From positions 52,642 to 116,641 of the forward strand of contig CACJWN010000003.1 in NCBI GenBank assembly GCA_902597175.1: DNA of 64,000 bases. Reading direction: 5' to 3'. Made by a program: the position numbers and the translations under genes. The notes beneath the pieces are model-generated. The model ran no database searches, was not told the origin of the DNA, and saw only the letters and a program-made list of their open reading frames with translations. Position 1 is the first letter of the stretch; the number at the start of each line of letters is the position of its first letter. Source of the stretch: an uncultured Pelagibacteraceae bacterium (GTDB taxonomy: Bacteria > Pseudomonadota > Alphaproteobacteria > Pelagibacterales > Pelagibacteraceae). Positions 50,092-61,183 of this stretch are shown piece after piece.

Positions 50092-52145
50092 TAATTATCA
50101 GTTCCAGTTTTCTTTGAATCTTTTTTTATTTGTCTACATTCACTCATTGTTTTAGATGCTCTTGAAATTGAATTAGTAAAAAAATAATCTAACTCTCTAA
50201 TTTTAATTATCTCACTAACAAAATACGGTGAGGTATTAGTAACTTTGCTGTCGTCAAAACTCGGTAACTCATTAATTTCTGTAAAATTCGGTATTAAACT
50301 TAATGTTTCTTTTCTTAATGAGTCAAAATTTAACAATTTATCGTTTTTTTCTAATTTTTTTAAAATCAAATTAAAAATCTTCCAGTCCTCTAACGCTTCT
50401 CCGATTGGGTAAGAGGCTTTTCTACACTCTTGAACTCTACCCTCTAAATTTTCGTAAAGTCCGCTTTGTTCTGTAAAAGCTGCACTTGGAAGAACGATAT
50501 CTGCAATTTCTGCTCCTCTATCCCCATGACTGCCTTGATAAACTATAAACTCATTATTTTTTTTAATTTCAAGATTATCAGATCCTAAAAGATATAGTAG
50601 TTTAAACTTATTGTTATTTAATTTTTCATGAAAAGAATTCTTTTCCTCATCCTCTTTAGATAATATTTTTAAATCTATTAATCCTACTGTTGATGCATTT
50701 TGAGGAAGAAAATTAAATGCATTCCACTCTTTATTAATAAAATTATTTTTTATTAAAATATTTTTTAATCCTTCAACTAAATATTTCCCGCTTTTTAATT
50801 CTAAAGCAGACTCACCAATTATTATTAATGGTTTTTTTGAGGAAAAGAGTTTTTTTGCGAGATCTCCTTCCTTATTTAATATTTTTTTTATTTCATCAGT
50901 TTTGTTACTAACTTTAGTGTATTCATACGTTAAATCTCCAGGATCACCAATTGAAAAGATAGGAATTTGCTTTTGAACAAAAACTTTTCTAATTCTAGCA
51001 TTAAGCATTGTTGCCTCATACCTAGGATTTGTTCCAATTAAAAGTATGAAGTCAGACTCTTCTATTCCTTTTATAGAGGAATTAAAAATATAATTACTTT
51101 TTTCAGAAGAGTTTATATAAAAACTTTTTTCTCTAAATTCTAAATTTTCACTTTTAAAAATTGAAAAGAGTTTTTTAAAACTAAGTGCATTCTCTAAATT
51201 AACCATATCGCCAATATGTCCGCCTATTTCATCTGGATTTGTCGAATTAACCTTATCTACTAAAAGTGAAATAGCTTCATCCCAGGTAGATTTTTGTAAT
51301 TTGTTGTTTATTTTTATATATGGAACATCTAACCTTTGTTTGAGTAAGCCATCACATGAGTATCGAGTTTTGTCTGAAATCCACTCTTCATTTATGTCGT
51401 TGTTTAATCTAGGTAATATTCTTTTTACCTCCCAATTATAGGTATCAACCCTTATATTTGATCCAACAGCGTCCATTACATCTACACTTTCAGTCTTTTT
51501 TAGTTCCCATGGTCTTGCCTCAAAAGCATATGGTTTAGAAGTGAGAGCGCCTACTGGACATAAATCTATTACATTCGCTGAAAGTTCTGACTCCATTGCT
51601 TTTTCAAGATATGTTGTGATTTCCATGTTTTCTCCTCTTCCAATGGCTCCTATTTCTGGAACTCCAGCAACCTCAGTTGCAAATCTCACACATCTCGTAC
51701 AATGAATACAACGTGTCATTTGAGTTTTAATCAATGGACCCATGTATTTTTCTTTAACTTGTCTTTTATTTTCAACAAATCTTGATTTATCGACACCGTA
51801 ATACATTGATTGATCTTGCAAATCACATTCTCCCCCTTGATCACAAACAGGACAATCTAAAGGATGATTAGCCAACAAAAATTCCATTACGCCTTTTCTG
51901 GCTTTTTCAACTGAAGCAGTGTTAGTTTTAATATTCATACCCTCTGTTGCAGGCATTGCACAGGAAGCAATTGGTTTTGGAGATTTTTCCATTTCCACAA
52001 GACACATCCTGCAATTGCCGGCTATTGATAATTTTTCGTGATAGCAAAATCTTGGAATTTCTACATCTGCAAGCTCACATGCTTGAAGAACCGTCATCCC
52101 TTTTTCAAATTCTATCTCTTTTCCATTAATTGTAATTTTAGGCAT
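50091..52145 (-). CDS. nuoG: NADH-quinone oxidoreductase subunit G
   Basis: IP.FCYH..L...GNCRMC, HPLDCP.CDQGGEC.LQ and RCI.CTRC motifs; start moved to ATG 52145. Confidence 0.97.
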   Translation of the reverse strand: MPKITINGKEIEFEKGMTVLQACELADVEIPRFCYHEKLSIAGNCRMCLVEMEKSPKPIASCAMPATEGMNIKTNTASVEKARKGVMEFLLANHPLDCPVCDQGGECDLQDQSMYYGVDKSRFVENKRQVKEKYMGPLIKTQMTRCIHCTRCVRFATEVAGVPEIGAIGRGENMEITTYLEKAMESELSANVIDLCPVGALTSKPYAFEARPWELKKTESVDVMDAVGSNIRVDTYNWEVKRILPRLNNDINEEWISDKTRYSCDGLLKQRLDVPYIKINNKLQKSTWDEAISLLVDKVNSTNPDEIGGHIGDMVNLENALSFKKLFSIFKSENLEFREKSFYINSSEKSNYIFNSSIKGIEESDFILLIGTNPRYEATMLNARIRKVFVQKQIPIFSIGDPGDLTYEYTKVSNKTDEIKKILNKEGDLAKKLFSSKKPLIIIGESALELKSGKYLVEGLKNILIKNNFINKEWNAFNFLPQNASTVGLIDLKILSKEDEEKNSFHEKLNNNKFKLLYLLGSDNLEIKKNNEFIVYQGSHGDRGAEIADIVLPSAAFTEQSGLYENLEGRVQECRKASYPIGEALEDWKIFNLILKKLEKNDKLLNFDSLRKETLSLIPNFTEINELPSFDDSKVTNTSPYFVSEIIKIRELDYFFTNSISRASKTMSECRQIKKDSKKTGTDN

Positions 52146-53469
52146 TCTTATTCTCCAAGAGATGTTGATCAACTAAATATGGATTATTTATTTTCTTTTT
52201 AATTAGTGGCTCGTCTCTGCAACGACTTTCAACTTCTTTTCTAAAATGTCTTAATAATCCTTGTACTGGCCATGCAGATCCTTCCCCAAACGCGCAAATA
52301 GTATGACCTTCTATCTGTTTTGTAACATCTGATAATAAATTAACATCACTAAAGGTAGCTTTTCTTTTTACAACTCTATCTAATATTCTCCACATCCATC
52401 CAGCCCCTTCTCTACAAGGAGTGCACTGACCGCAACTTTCATGTTTGTAAAATCTCGCTATTCTTGCCATACAAGCAACAATGTCTTGATCTTTATTAAT
52501 AACTACTATTCCAGCTGTGCCTAATCCACTTTTGTTTTCAATTAAAGAGTCAAAATCCATTGTTATGGTATCGCAAATTTCTTTTGACAATAGAGGCATT
52601 GACGAACCACCTGGTATCACAGCTTGAAGGTTGTCCCATCCACCGACTACTCCACCAGCATGTTTTTCTATTAAATCTTTTAGAGGTATCCCCATTTCCT
52701 CCTCAACATTGCAAGGTGAATTTACATTACCAGATATACAAAATATTTTTGTACCTGTGTTTTTTGACTTTCCAATTGATGCGAACCATTTTCCACCCCT
52801 TCTTAAAATAGTTGGCACAACTGCAATAGTCTCAACATTGTTAACAATTGTTGGACAACCATATAACCCGACTAAAGCAGGAAATGGGGGTTTTAATCTT
52901 GGTTGACCTTTATTACCTTCAATGCTTTCTAATAAAGCTGTTTCTTCGCCACAAATATATGCACCTGCGCCGTAATGAATAAAAATATCGAAATCCCACC
53001 CAGAACCACACGCATTCTTTCCTAAATAATTTTTTTTGTAAGCTTGATCAATTGCTTCTTGTAATCTTTTACCCTCGTTAAAGTATTCACCTCTAATATA
53101 AATATAACAAACATGCGCGTTAACAGCGAAGCCTGCAATTAAACATCCTTCTATCAATTTTTGAGGTTCGAATCTTAAAATGTCTCTATCTTTACATGTT
53201 CCAGGTTCTGACTCATCTGCATTAATTACTAAATAATGCGGTCTCGACCCAACTTCTTTAGGTGCGAATGACCATTTAAGTCCAGTTGAAAATCCAGCAC
53301 CTCCTCTACCCCTCAGCTCAGAAGTTTTTACCTCATTAATTATCCATTCTCTTCCTTTTGAAATAAGATTTTTGGTATTTTTCCAATCGTCTCTTTTGAT
53401 AGCATTCTCTATTTCCCAGCCATATTCATTGTAAAGATTTTTAAATATTTTATTTTCTGATTTAAGCAT
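52138..53469 (-). CDS. nuoF: NADH-quinone oxidoreductase subunit F
   Basis: [28 protein letters not shown] and [12 protein letters not shown] motifs; start moved to ATG 53469. Confidence 0.98.
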   Translation of the reverse strand: MLKSENKIFKNLYNEYGWEIENAIKRDDWKNTKNLISKGREWIINEVKTSELRGRGGAGFSTGLKWSFAPKEVGSRPHYLVINADESEPGTCKDRDILRFEPQKLIEGCLIAGFAVNAHVCYIYIRGEYFNEGKRLQEAIDQAYKKNYLGKNACGSGWDFDIFIHYGAGAYICGEETALLESIEGNKGQPRLKPPFPALVGLYGCPTIVNNVETIAVVPTILRRGGKWFASIGKSKNTGTKIFCISGNVNSPCNVEEEMGIPLKDLIEKHAGGVVGGWDNLQAVIPGGSSMPLLSKEICDTITMDFDSLIENKSGLGTAGIVVINKDQDIVACMARIARFYKHESCGQCTPCREGAGWMWRILDRVVKRKATFSDVNLLSDVTKQIEGHTICAFGEGSAWPVQGLLRHFRKEVESRCRDEPLIKKKINNPYLVDQHLLENKNA

Positions 53470-54067
53470 GATTTTCTCCATTAATTGTTGGTTTTTTTTC
53501 TGGAGCTGTATTGTTGCGACCTCTATACGATCCTGGTTTTAAAGGTTTGTCCTTGATTAGTGAGTCTAAAATTTCAATTGTACTTTTTTCATCTAAATCT
53601 TCGTAATAATCATCATTAATTTGTATCATTGGAGCACTTACGCATGCGCCTAAACACTCTACTTCCATCCATGAGCAACTTCCTTTTTGCGATATTTCAT
53701 TTTCATTTGGTGATATTTTTTCTTTACATAATTTTACAATTTTATCAGCTCCTCTAATTAAACAAGGTGTAGTTGTGCATACTTGTATAAAATGTTTTCC
53801 TACAGGTGCTAAGTTATACATAGAATAAAAAGTTGCCACTTCATAAACAGATATGTAGGGCATTGATAAAAATTTAGCTATATATTTCATTGCTGCTAGA
53901 GGTATCCAATTACTGTTTTGTTTTTGAGCCAAATAAAGAAAAGGCATAACAGCACTTTTTTTGTTCTTCTCCGGGTACCTTTTTAAAATTTCTTCAGCTT
54001 TTTTTAAATTACCATCAGTAAATTTAAATTCTTTTGGTTGGTTGTCATGTACTTTTTTTAAACTCAT
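53462..54067 (-). CDS. nuoE: NADH-quinone oxidoreductase subunit E
   Basis: EVATFY, C...PC and ECLGAC..AP motifs. Confidence 0.97.
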   Translation of the reverse strand: MSLKKVHDNQPKEFKFTDGNLKKAEEILKRYPEKNKKSAVMPFLYLAQKQNSNWIPLAAMKYIAKFLSMPYISVYEVATFYSMYNLAPVGKHFIQVCTTTPCLIRGADKIVKLCKEKISPNENEISQKGSCSWMEVECLGACVSAPMIQINDDYYEDLDEKSTIEILDSLIKDKPLKPGSYRGRNNTAPEKKPTINGENHA

Positions 54068-55239
54068 CTGTCCACCTCGCCGAAAACTATATCAAGAGAA
54101 CCTAAAACTGCTGGGACATCTGCTAACATGTGTCCACGAATTAAATAATCCATAGCTTGTAAATGAGAAAATCCAGGAGCTCTAATTTTACACCTGTAAG
54201 GTTTATTTGATCCATCTGATATTAAATAAACACCGAACTCACCTTTTGGTGCTTCAACAGCTGTATAAACATCTCCCTTGGGAACTCTGTATCCCTCAGT
54301 AAATAATTTGAAGTGATGAATTAGTGCCTCCATAGACTGTTTAAGGTCATCTCTATTTGGAGGAGATATTTTCCCATCAATAGATTTTATTGGTCCCTTT
54401 GGTAGTCTCTCTATGCATTGTAGTATAATTTTTACACTCTCTCTCATTTCCTCAATCCTACAAAGATAACGATCATAACAATCGCCATTTTTTCCAACTG
54501 GTATTTTAAAATCTAAATCTTTATAAATTTCATATGGTTGCGACCTTCTCAAATCCCATGGAATTCCTGAGCCTCGAAGCATAACCCCTGAAAAACTATG
54601 GTCTAAAGCCTCTTGCTTAGATACAATTCCAATTTCTACATTTCTTTGCTTAAAAATTCGATTATCTGTAAGTAGCCCTTCCAAATCATCTATAATTTTT
54701 GGAAATGACCTGCAAAATTTTTCAATATCCTCTATTAGTTTCACGGGTATATCCTGATGAACTCCGCCAGTTCTAAAATAGTTGGCATGCAATCGGGAAC
54801 CTGAGGCTCTTTCATAGAAAGTCATTAATGTTTCTCTCTCTTCAAAACCCCAAAGTGAAGGTGTAAGCGCTCCGACATCCAAGGCTTGTGTAGTTACATT
54901 AAGTATATGACTTAAAATTCTTCCAATCTCACAGAAAATAACACGAATATATTTTGCGCGAATAGGCACTTCAATATTTAATAATTTTTCAGCAGCAAGA
55001 GCAAAAGCATGTTCTTGGTTCATTGGGGCTACATAATCTAGACGATCAAAATAGGGGAGTGCTTGAGTATAAGTCTTCTGTTCTATGAGTTTTTCAGTAC
55101 CCCTGTGAAGCAGTCCAATGTGCGGATCAGCTTTCTCTACAACTTCTCCATCAAGCTCAAGTATTAACCTCAAAACACCATGAGCAGCAGGGTGTTGAGG
55201 TCCAAAGTTTAGATTAAGCGATTTAGTTTTTTTTACCAT
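54064..55239 (-). CDS. nuoD: NADH-quinone oxidoreductase subunit D
   Basis: [19 protein letters not shown] and D.V.GEVDR motifs. Confidence 0.98.
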   Translation of the reverse strand: MVKKTKSLNLNFGPQHPAAHGVLRLILELDGEVVEKADPHIGLLHRGTEKLIEQKTYTQALPYFDRLDYVAPMNQEHAFALAAEKLLNIEVPIRAKYIRVIFCEIGRILSHILNVTTQALDVGALTPSLWGFEERETLMTFYERASGSRLHANYFRTGGVHQDIPVKLIEDIEKFCRSFPKIIDDLEGLLTDNRIFKQRNVEIGIVSKQEALDHSFSGVMLRGSGIPWDLRRSQPYEIYKDLDFKIPVGKNGDCYDRYLCRIEEMRESVKIILQCIERLPKGPIKSIDGKISPPNRDDLKQSMEALIHHFKLFTEGYRVPKGDVYTAVEAPKGEFGVYLISDGSNKPYRCKIRAPGFSHLQAMDYLIRGHMLADVPAVLGSLDIVFGEVDR

Positions 55240-55837
55240 CTTTTTCCAAATTTTTAATTTCTTTTATATAATTAGTGCCTTCCCAAGGACTTTCGAAATC
55301 AAAGTTTCTATAGTTTTGCTCAAGTTTTACTGGCTCATAAACTACTTTTTTTTCTTTTTCACTGTACCTAACCTCATTAAATCCAGTTAAAGGAAAATCT
55401 TTTCTTAATGGATGGCCCTTAAATCCATAATCAGTGAGAATTCTTCTTAAATCCGGATGATTTTTAAATTTAACTCCATACATGTCAAAGACTTCTCTTT
55501 CCATCCAATTTGCAGACGGAAAAATTTTAGTCAATGAGTTAATAGAATGAGTGGATTGAAATTTTATAATAATTTTAATTCTTATATTATTTTCATGAGA
55601 TAAAAAAAGATAGACTAATTGAAAGCGTTCCTCCTTTTCAGGATAGTCTACTCCAGCAATATCAATTAATTGTCTAAATTTACATTTATCATTTGATTTC
55701 AAAAATTGCACGACTTCTATGAGGTCATTTACATCTATTTCAACTGATAATTCCTCATTTATAATAAATGAATTCTGGACTTTGCTGGCAAGTTCTGAGT
55801 TAATTATTTTTTCAATCTTTTTCAAATTTTCGACCAT
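55223..55837 (-). CDS. nuoC: NADH-quinone oxidoreductase subunit C
   Basis: [30 protein letters not shown] motif. Confidence 0.98.
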   Translation of the reverse strand: MVENLKKIEKIINSELASKVQNSFIINEELSVEIDVNDLIEVVQFLKSNDKCKFRQLIDIAGVDYPEKEERFQLVYLFLSHENNIRIKIIIKFQSTHSINSLTKIFPSANWMEREVFDMYGVKFKNHPDLRRILTDYGFKGHPLRKDFPLTGFNEVRYSEKEKKVVYEPVKLEQNYRNFDFESPWEGTNYIKEIKNLEKDGKKN

Positions 55838-55840
55838 AAA

Positions 55841-56377
55841 TTATCTTTGTAAATTTCCCTCTCTTCGAATTTTTTTTTGTAATTGTAAAATTCCATATAG
55901 AAGAGCTTCCGCAGACGGCGGGCATCCTGGGATATAAATATCCACTGGAACAATTTTATCACAACCTCTCACAACAGAGTAAGAATAATGATAATAACCT
56001 CCACCATTTGCACAGCTTCCCATTGAAACTACGTATCTTGGTTCTGGCATTTGATCGTAAACTTTTCTGAGGGCTGGAGCCATTTTATTTGTCAATGTTC
56101 CTGCAACAATCATCACATCAGATTGTCTTGGAGAAGCTCTAGGGGCCGCACCAAATCTTTCTAGGTCATATCTTGGCATCGAGGTTTGCATCATCTCAAC
56201 TGCACAGCAAGCAAGTCCAAAAGTCATCCAATGTAATGAGCCAGTTCTAGCCCAATTTACTAGATTTTCTGATGAAGTAGTTATGAAACCCTTTTCAGCA
56301 AAATCTTTTGCTAAATCTTTAAACTCCTCAGGAATTTGCTTCTCTTTATTCTGGTTTAAACTAAATTTTACTCCCAT
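55841..56377 (-). CDS. nuoB: NADH-quinone oxidoreductase subunit B
   Basis: [21 protein letters not shown] and PGCPP motifs; start moved to ATG 56377. Confidence 0.98.
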   Translation of the reverse strand: MGVKFSLNQNKEKQIPEEFKDLAKDFAEKGFITTSSENLVNWARTGSLHWMTFGLACCAVEMMQTSMPRYDLERFGAAPRASPRQSDVMIVAGTLTNKMAPALRKVYDQMPEPRYVVSMGSCANGGGYYHYSYSVVRGCDKIVPVDIYIPGCPPSAEALLYGILQLQKKIRREGNLQR

Positions 56378-56736
56378 TCTAAAGCTCCTTTTTTCCACTC
56401 ATAAATAAATCCAATTGTTAAAATACCTAAAAAAATCATCATTGACCAAAAACCTAAAGCTCCCAAATTACCTAAAGATATTGCCCATGGAAAAAGAAAG
56501 GCTATTTCTAAATCAAAAATTATAAATAAAATTGCTACTAGATAAAATCTTACATCAAATTCCATTCTTGAGTCATCAAATGCCTCAAATCCACACTCAT
56601 AAGCTGATAACTTTTCAGGATCTGGATTAGATGGGGACGCTAAGTAATTTGCAATTATAAAGCCAATGCTTAAAAATAAAGCAATAAACAAAAAAATAAT
56701 TATAGATAAATATTCTGATAAAAAGTTATAAATCAT
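56368..56736 (-). CDS. nuoA: NADH-quinone oxidoreductase subunit A
   Basis: YECGF, FY..AILF..FD.E..FL.PW and EW.KGAL.W motifs. Confidence 0.98.
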   Translation of the reverse strand: MIYNFLSEYLSIIIFLFIALFLSIGFIIANYLASPSNPDPEKLSAYECGFEAFDDSRMEFDVRFYLVAILFIIFDLEIAFLFPWAISLGNLGALGFWSMMIFLGILTIGFIYEWKKGALEWE

Positions 56737-56878
56737 GTTTTTTTTAATACCTACCCTAATACCGTGGTTTAAGGATTCTTGTATTAACTAGATATACTTA
56801 TAACATTTATCTGATAAGAGTACAGGACAGATGGAAGCATTATGTTGATCAATTTATGCTCAATTATAACTCATTAGA

Positions 56879-56893
56879 TGAAAATCATTATCA
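56879..56893. promoter_or_regulatory. Putative Fur-type box (7-1-7 inverted repeat) upstream of nuoA
   Basis: TGAAAAT-C-ATTATCA has one mismatch to TGATAAT-N-ATTATCA; minus-strand TATAAT at 56863-56868. Confidence 0.5.
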
Positions 56894-56898
56894 ATTAA

Positions 56899-56976
56899 TG
56901 GCGGGAGTGACGGGACTCGAACCCGCGACCTCCTGCGTGACAGGCAGGCGCTCTAACCAAGCTGAGCTACACCCCC
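56899..56976 (-). tRNA. tRNA-Asp (GTC)
   Basis: Reverse complement GGGGGTGTAGCTCAGCTTGGTTAGAGCGCCTGCCT-GTC-ACGCAGGAGGTCGCGGGTTCGAGTCCCGTCACTCCCGCCA folds as a cloverleaf with encoded CCA. Confidence 0.97.
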
Positions 56977-56987
56977 TTCTTATTTAA

Positions 56988-57063
56988 TGGTGGGCGGTAA
57001 AGGACTCGAACCTATGACCCTCTCGGTGTAAACGAGATGCTCTACCAACTGAGCTAACCGCCC
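56988..57063 (-). tRNA. tRNA-Val (TAC)
   Basis: Reverse complement GGGCGGTTAGCTCAGTTGGTAGAGCATCTCGTT-TAC-ACCGAGAGGGTCATAGGTTCGAGTCCTTTACCGCCCACCA. Confidence 0.97.
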
Positions 57064-57163
57064 AAATTAAATAAAATCGAGATATACATTAAAAATTTTA
57101 TAAAGTAAAAAAGTATTTAAATTGTAGTGTAATTTATTTAAATAGCAGTATTATTGAATTTAT

Positions 57164-57697
57164 ATGATTTTAACATGTAATTCATGCGGTAAAAAATTCG
57201 TAGTTCCAGATAACGCAATAACCGCGTCTGGAAGAATGGTTCAATGCGGCTCATGCGGAAATAAATGGAAACAATTTCCTGTAAGTAATGTTAAAAAAGC
57301 TCAATCAAGTTCTCGCTCTAAAAAAGCAGCTTCGAGCACTAAGCCAGCTCAACAAAATTTACAAAATTTGAAAAAAATAAAAAAGACTGCTCCAAAAAAA
57401 CCTAGAGAAATCAGTTTGTACTCGCCCGAATATTTGGTAAAAAAACATGGTATCAAAATAGATGATACAAAAACTATAAAGAAGGTTAGTAAGAAAGAAA
57501 AAGAAAAAATTTCTTTTGGATTTTACAATTTACTAATTGTATTTATTTTTCTTGTCATAGCTTTGTCACGTATTTTATATTTTTCACAAGAGTTTATAGT
57601 TGCAAATATTCCAGCGTCTGAATATTATTTAAATTATTTCTTTGAAAGTATTAGAAATATTTTTGAGATTTGGAAAAATCTAGTCACTAATTATTAG
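57164..57697 (+). CDS. Zinc-ribbon (MJ0042-type finger) membrane-anchored protein
   Basis: N-terminal C.SC...F.V....I...GR.VQC..C...W, Lys-rich linker and one C-terminal TM helix. Confidence 0.8.
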   Translation: MILTCNSCGKKFVVPDNAITASGRMVQCGSCGNKWKQFPVSNVKKAQSSSRSKKAASSTKPAQQNLQNLKKIKKTAPKKPREISLYSPEYLVKKHGIKIDDTKTIKKVSKKEKEKISFGFYNLLIVFIFLVIALSRILYFSQEFIVANIPASEYYLNYFFESIRNIFEIWKNLVTNY

Positions 57698-60239
57698 TCT
57701 CTAAATCTTTTATATTAATGAAAAATTCTGAAAGTTCAGAATTATTTTTAACAATATCCTCATAAAAATTCCATGCTAAAACTATCAATGTATTTTTTTT
57801 ATTCTTAATTTGCGATTTATTTTTTATTGGTATCTTTACACCCGGGATATATTTGTCATGTTTTAATTTATTGTCCTCTACTATAAAATCTATTTCTTTT
57901 GAAATACCAAAAAAATTTAAAGCAGTAGTCGCTTTTGCTGGAGCTCCATAACCAATAATTAGTTCGCTATCTTTTTTGAGTTTTTTAATATTTTTTCTAA
58001 CGTTTTCTCTTACTTTATAAACTTTTTCACCGAACTTTTTATATGTTTCAAATTTCTTAATTCCAAATTTTTCTTCTTCTTTAAGCATAAGCTTTACACT
58101 TTTCTCGATTTTGGTTTTTTTGTCTTTCTTAATATAAACTCTTATTGATCCACCATGAGTTTCGATCTTTTCTGATCTAAATATTGTACTATCGAATTTT
58201 TTAAAAAAATTGGTTAAGGAAGTAAGTGACCAATAATTATAGTGTTCATGATAAATATTATCGAATGTAAGATCCTTCAATGTATTCATTAAGTATTGAA
58301 CTTCAATTATAATTGTTCCTTTTTTACTTAATAATTTTAACATACACTCAGCCATTTCTTGCAATTTATCTGAGTGAGCAAAAACATTTGAAGCTAATAT
58401 TAGATCTGCACCCTTTTTTATTTTTTTAATATTTTTTTTATCCAAGAAACCATTGAAAGTTTTAATTTTATCTTTATTCGCCAATTTAGCTAAATTTTTT
58501 GCTGGCTCTATGCCTAGTATTTTTTTGAATCCTTGATCTAAGAATGGTTTTAAGGCGACTCCATCATTGCTTCCTATGTCAATAATATATGATTTGTTTT
58601 TATTTAATTTTAAATCTTTAATATATTTTTTTGATGCTTTAACAAAATGCTCTCGAAATACACTCGATGTTGATGAAGTGTAAAGGTAGTTAGAAAACAT
58701 TTTTTTTGGATCAACAGAAACAGATAATTGACAATTATGACATTTATCACAATAATTAACTTCAAGAGGGTATAATTCACATTCATCGTTTTTTTTATTT
58801 AGAAGATTATTTGCTAACGGTTGGTAACCTAAAGATACAACTCTTTTTAAATTCATATTTCCACAAGATCTGCAATCAAATTTATAGCAAGACAACAACA
58901 AATTTTTTTCTTTTTCATCTACAAAAACATGTTTTACAGTATGAGTGATACCGTAATTTTCATGATCTCTCTCTCCTCTAACTAAATTTAAAAATGTAGT
59001 ATCTTTTGTAAAAACCATTGTATGAGCAACATTAGGTTTAATTACAGAAAGTTGCCCTGCATTCACAACCTGTGTAACTTTTGGAGCTCCAGGATTTATT
59101 ATATCTTGAAAAATTTCTATGATTTGTCCTTTTGTGAATAAACATTTTTGTTCTTGCTGTGGATGATAGTGGTTTGCTCTGATAGTTCCTTTTTTTGAGT
59201 CAATTAGTCCAATTAAATTGATTGGTTCTGTAAGCTCGTGGTTGCTAATTTTACCTCTATTATCAACATATAAATTCTCTCCATCTCTTACATGCTCCAG
59301 ATCTTTAATTAAATTTTGTTTTGACCACTTATCAATCATTTCTTTTATATTTTGATCAATATTATAAAGAAATTTAAATCCTGTTTTTAATATTTTCTTG
59401 TTTGATAGTGAAAAACCTAAGTTTGGAATTTCGTCGTTAGTCTCTCTCAGGTGAATTTTTGGATTGTGTTTTTTACAAATATCTGCAACTTCTTTTACTG
59501 TTAAAGTATCTTTTGTAAAGTTAAATATGTCAGATTTTATTTGATTATTTTCCTCCATAAATTTAAAACATCTTGCTACATCAATTAATGGAACCAAACT
59601 TTTAATTTGTCTTCCCCCAGCAAATAATTTTAGAGTTCCATTTTGAGATGCAATTTTAGAAAATAAATTAGGCATAATATCTATGCGCATTGTATCATTT
59701 GAATATCCATATACAGATCCAAGTCTTAAAATTACGTAATTTTTACCAGAGTCTTTTATTTGTTTTTCGTTCGCTGCCTTAGACGTTGAGTATGATAAAA
59801 CTGGTTGTGTATTTTCGTTCTCTTTTATATCCTTTTTAACTTCAGATATTCCCTCGAAAACCACATGTGTTGAAGGAAAGATTAATTTACATTTATTACT
59901 TATTGCATTCAAAATATTTTGTGTACCTTCCTCGGCAACTAGTTTTATTTTCTCATCTATTTCTTTCGAGGACTCACTTTTAGTTCTTGGCACTGAAGTT
60001 ATTCCAGCTAAGTGATGCACCACATCTGCTTTACTAAAATATTTATTAACTAAGTCTTTGTCCAAAATATCGCCATGAATAAATTCCATATTCCAATTTC
60101 TTATTTGATTAACTCTCTCTGATATAAATCTATTATCAACTACTAAAATGTTGTGATGCCAACTTACACCAGAATACAGCCTACATAATTCTGTGCCTAT
60201 ATATCCCAATCCACCTGTAATTATGATTTTCTTTTTCAT
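57687..60239 (-). CDS. Tri-domain NDP-sugar-modifying enzyme: extended-SDR epimerase/reductase + cupin isomerase/epimerase + SAM-dependent C-methyltransferase
   Basis: aa ~1-305: TGGLGYIG, HLAG, YSTSK. aa ~315-440: DNRG, RANHYH, AHTM cupin. aa ~455-850: CRSC..LG.QPLAN..C..C, DIGSNDG, NVFAH, IYHEH, HGGS.R, GYGAPAK. Confidence 0.88.
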   Translation of the reverse strand: MKKKIIITGGLGYIGTELCRLYSGVSWHHNILVVDNRFISERVNQIRNWNMEFIHGDILDKDLVNKYFSKADVVHHLAGITSVPRTKSESSKEIDEKIKLVAEEGTQNILNAISNKCKLIFPSTHVVFEGISEVKKDIKENENTQPVLSYSTSKAANEKQIKDSGKNYVILRLGSVYGYSNDTMRIDIMPNLFSKIASQNGTLKLFAGGRQIKSLVPLIDVARCFKFMEENNQIKSDIFNFTKDTLTVKEVADICKKHNPKIHLRETNDEIPNLGFSLSNKKILKTGFKFLYNIDQNIKEMIDKWSKQNLIKDLEHVRDGENLYVDNRGKISNHELTEPINLIGLIDSKKGTIRANHYHPQQEQKCLFTKGQIIEIFQDIINPGAPKVTQVVNAGQLSVIKPNVAHTMVFTKDTTFLNLVRGERDHENYGITHTVKHVFVDEKEKNLLLSCYKFDCRSCGNMNLKRVVSLGYQPLANNLLNKKNDECELYPLEVNYCDKCHNCQLSVSVDPKKMFSNYLYTSSTSSVFREHFVKASKKYIKDLKLNKNKSYIIDIGSNDGVALKPFLDQGFKKILGIEPAKNLAKLANKDKIKTFNGFLDKKNIKKIKKGADLILASNVFAHSDKLQEMAECMLKLLSKKGTIIIEVQYLMNTLKDLTFDNIYHEHYNYWSLTSLTNFFKKFDSTIFRSEKIETHGGSIRVYIKKDKKTKIEKSVKLMLKEEEKFGIKKFETYKKFGEKVYKVRENVRKNIKKLKKDSELIIGYGAPAKATTALNFFGISKEIDFIVEDNKLKHDKYIPGVKIPIKNKSQIKNKKNTLIVLAWNFYEDIVKNNSELSEFFINIKDLETNN

Positions 60240-60291
60240 AAGATTTAAATATGCATTTACATATATTATATTTTATAATAACTCAATTATC

Positions 60292-61182
60292 ATGAATATC
60301 TATGACTGCTTTATGTATTTTGATGAGGATTTGCTTTTAGATTTAAGGCTTAATTTTTTGGATAAATATATTAAAAAATTCGTTATTACTGAAGCTACAT
60401 ATACTCATAATGGAAATAAAAAAAAACTCAATTTTGATATAAATAATTTTAAAAAATTTAAAGATAAAATTGAATATATAGTAGTTGATACCCACCCACA
60501 AAATATTCTTAAACTTGTGGAAGGAGAGCCTAAAAACAAGAGAGGTGAGAAGTTAATATTAAATGGAATGGCCCGAGACTATTTTCAAAGAGAAAATTTA
60601 ACTAAAGGTTTAAGAGAAGCTACAGATGAAGATTTAATTTTAGTTAGTGATCTAGATGAAATACCAAATTTAGATAGCCTTAATTTTGCAGACGTTAAAA
60701 ATAACATTGTGATTTTTGAGCAGAAAATGTTTTATTATAAGCTAAATCTATTTTACGGCGACTTTATTTGGCAGGGAACTAAAGCAACCAAAAGTAAAAA
60801 CTTTTTATCTCCTCAATGGTTAAGAAACATAAAGGGAAAAAAATATCCAAAATGGAGATTAGATACATTTTTTTCCAAGAAAAGGTATTCTAATTTGATT
60901 TATGTTAAAAATGGGGGATGGCATTTTACTTGTCTAAGGACAGCTGAAGAATTAGAAAAAAAATTACTCAATTTTGCTCATCATTATGAGTATGAAGAGA
61001 GTGGATTAAAAATCAATGATTTAAAAAAAATGATCGCTGAAAAAAGATCAATTTATGATCACAATGTAGATCAAAAAGGCTTCAAGTGGTCAGGTAATTC
61101 GATTTTAAAAAAAATTAAAAACGACGAGCTACCTGATTATATCAATAATAATTATGAAAAATATAAAGATTGGCTGGATTAA
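60292..61182 (+). CDS. Glycosyltransferase family 17 (MGAT3-like) protein
   Basis: IYDCF.Y.DE..LL..RL, E...TH.G..K, QR, SD.DEIP and GGWHF motifs; start moved to ATG 60292. Confidence 0.82.
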   Translation: MNIYDCFMYFDEDLLLDLRLNFLDKYIKKFVITEATYTHNGNKKKLNFDINNFKKFKDKIEYIVVDTHPQNILKLVEGEPKNKRGEKLILNGMARDYFQRENLTKGLREATDEDLILVSDLDEIPNLDSLNFADVKNNIVIFEQKMFYYKLNLFYGDFIWQGTKATKSKNFLSPQWLRNIKGKKYPKWRLDTFFSKKRYSNLIYVKNGGWHFTCLRTAEELEKKLLNFAHHYEYEESGLKINDLKKMIAEKRSIYDHNVDQKGFKWSGNSILKKIKNDELPDYINNNYEKYKDWLD

Positions 61183-61183
61183 A

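Noticed and set aside
56809-56835. CTGATAAG...GGACAGATGG resembling hammerhead or glycine-riboswitch fragments
   Set aside because: Lacks the CUGANGA/GAAA core and the glycine aptamer consensus.
56784-56840. 18-codon minus-strand ORF ([18 protein letters not shown]) upstream of nuoA
   Set aside because: No SD sequence or informative composition, and an ORF this short is expected by chance. Not called as a leader peptide.
56899-61182. Possible tRNA-anchored integrative element
   Set aside because: No integrase and no duplicated tRNA 3' end seen; the accessory genes lie on the 5' side of the tRNAs.
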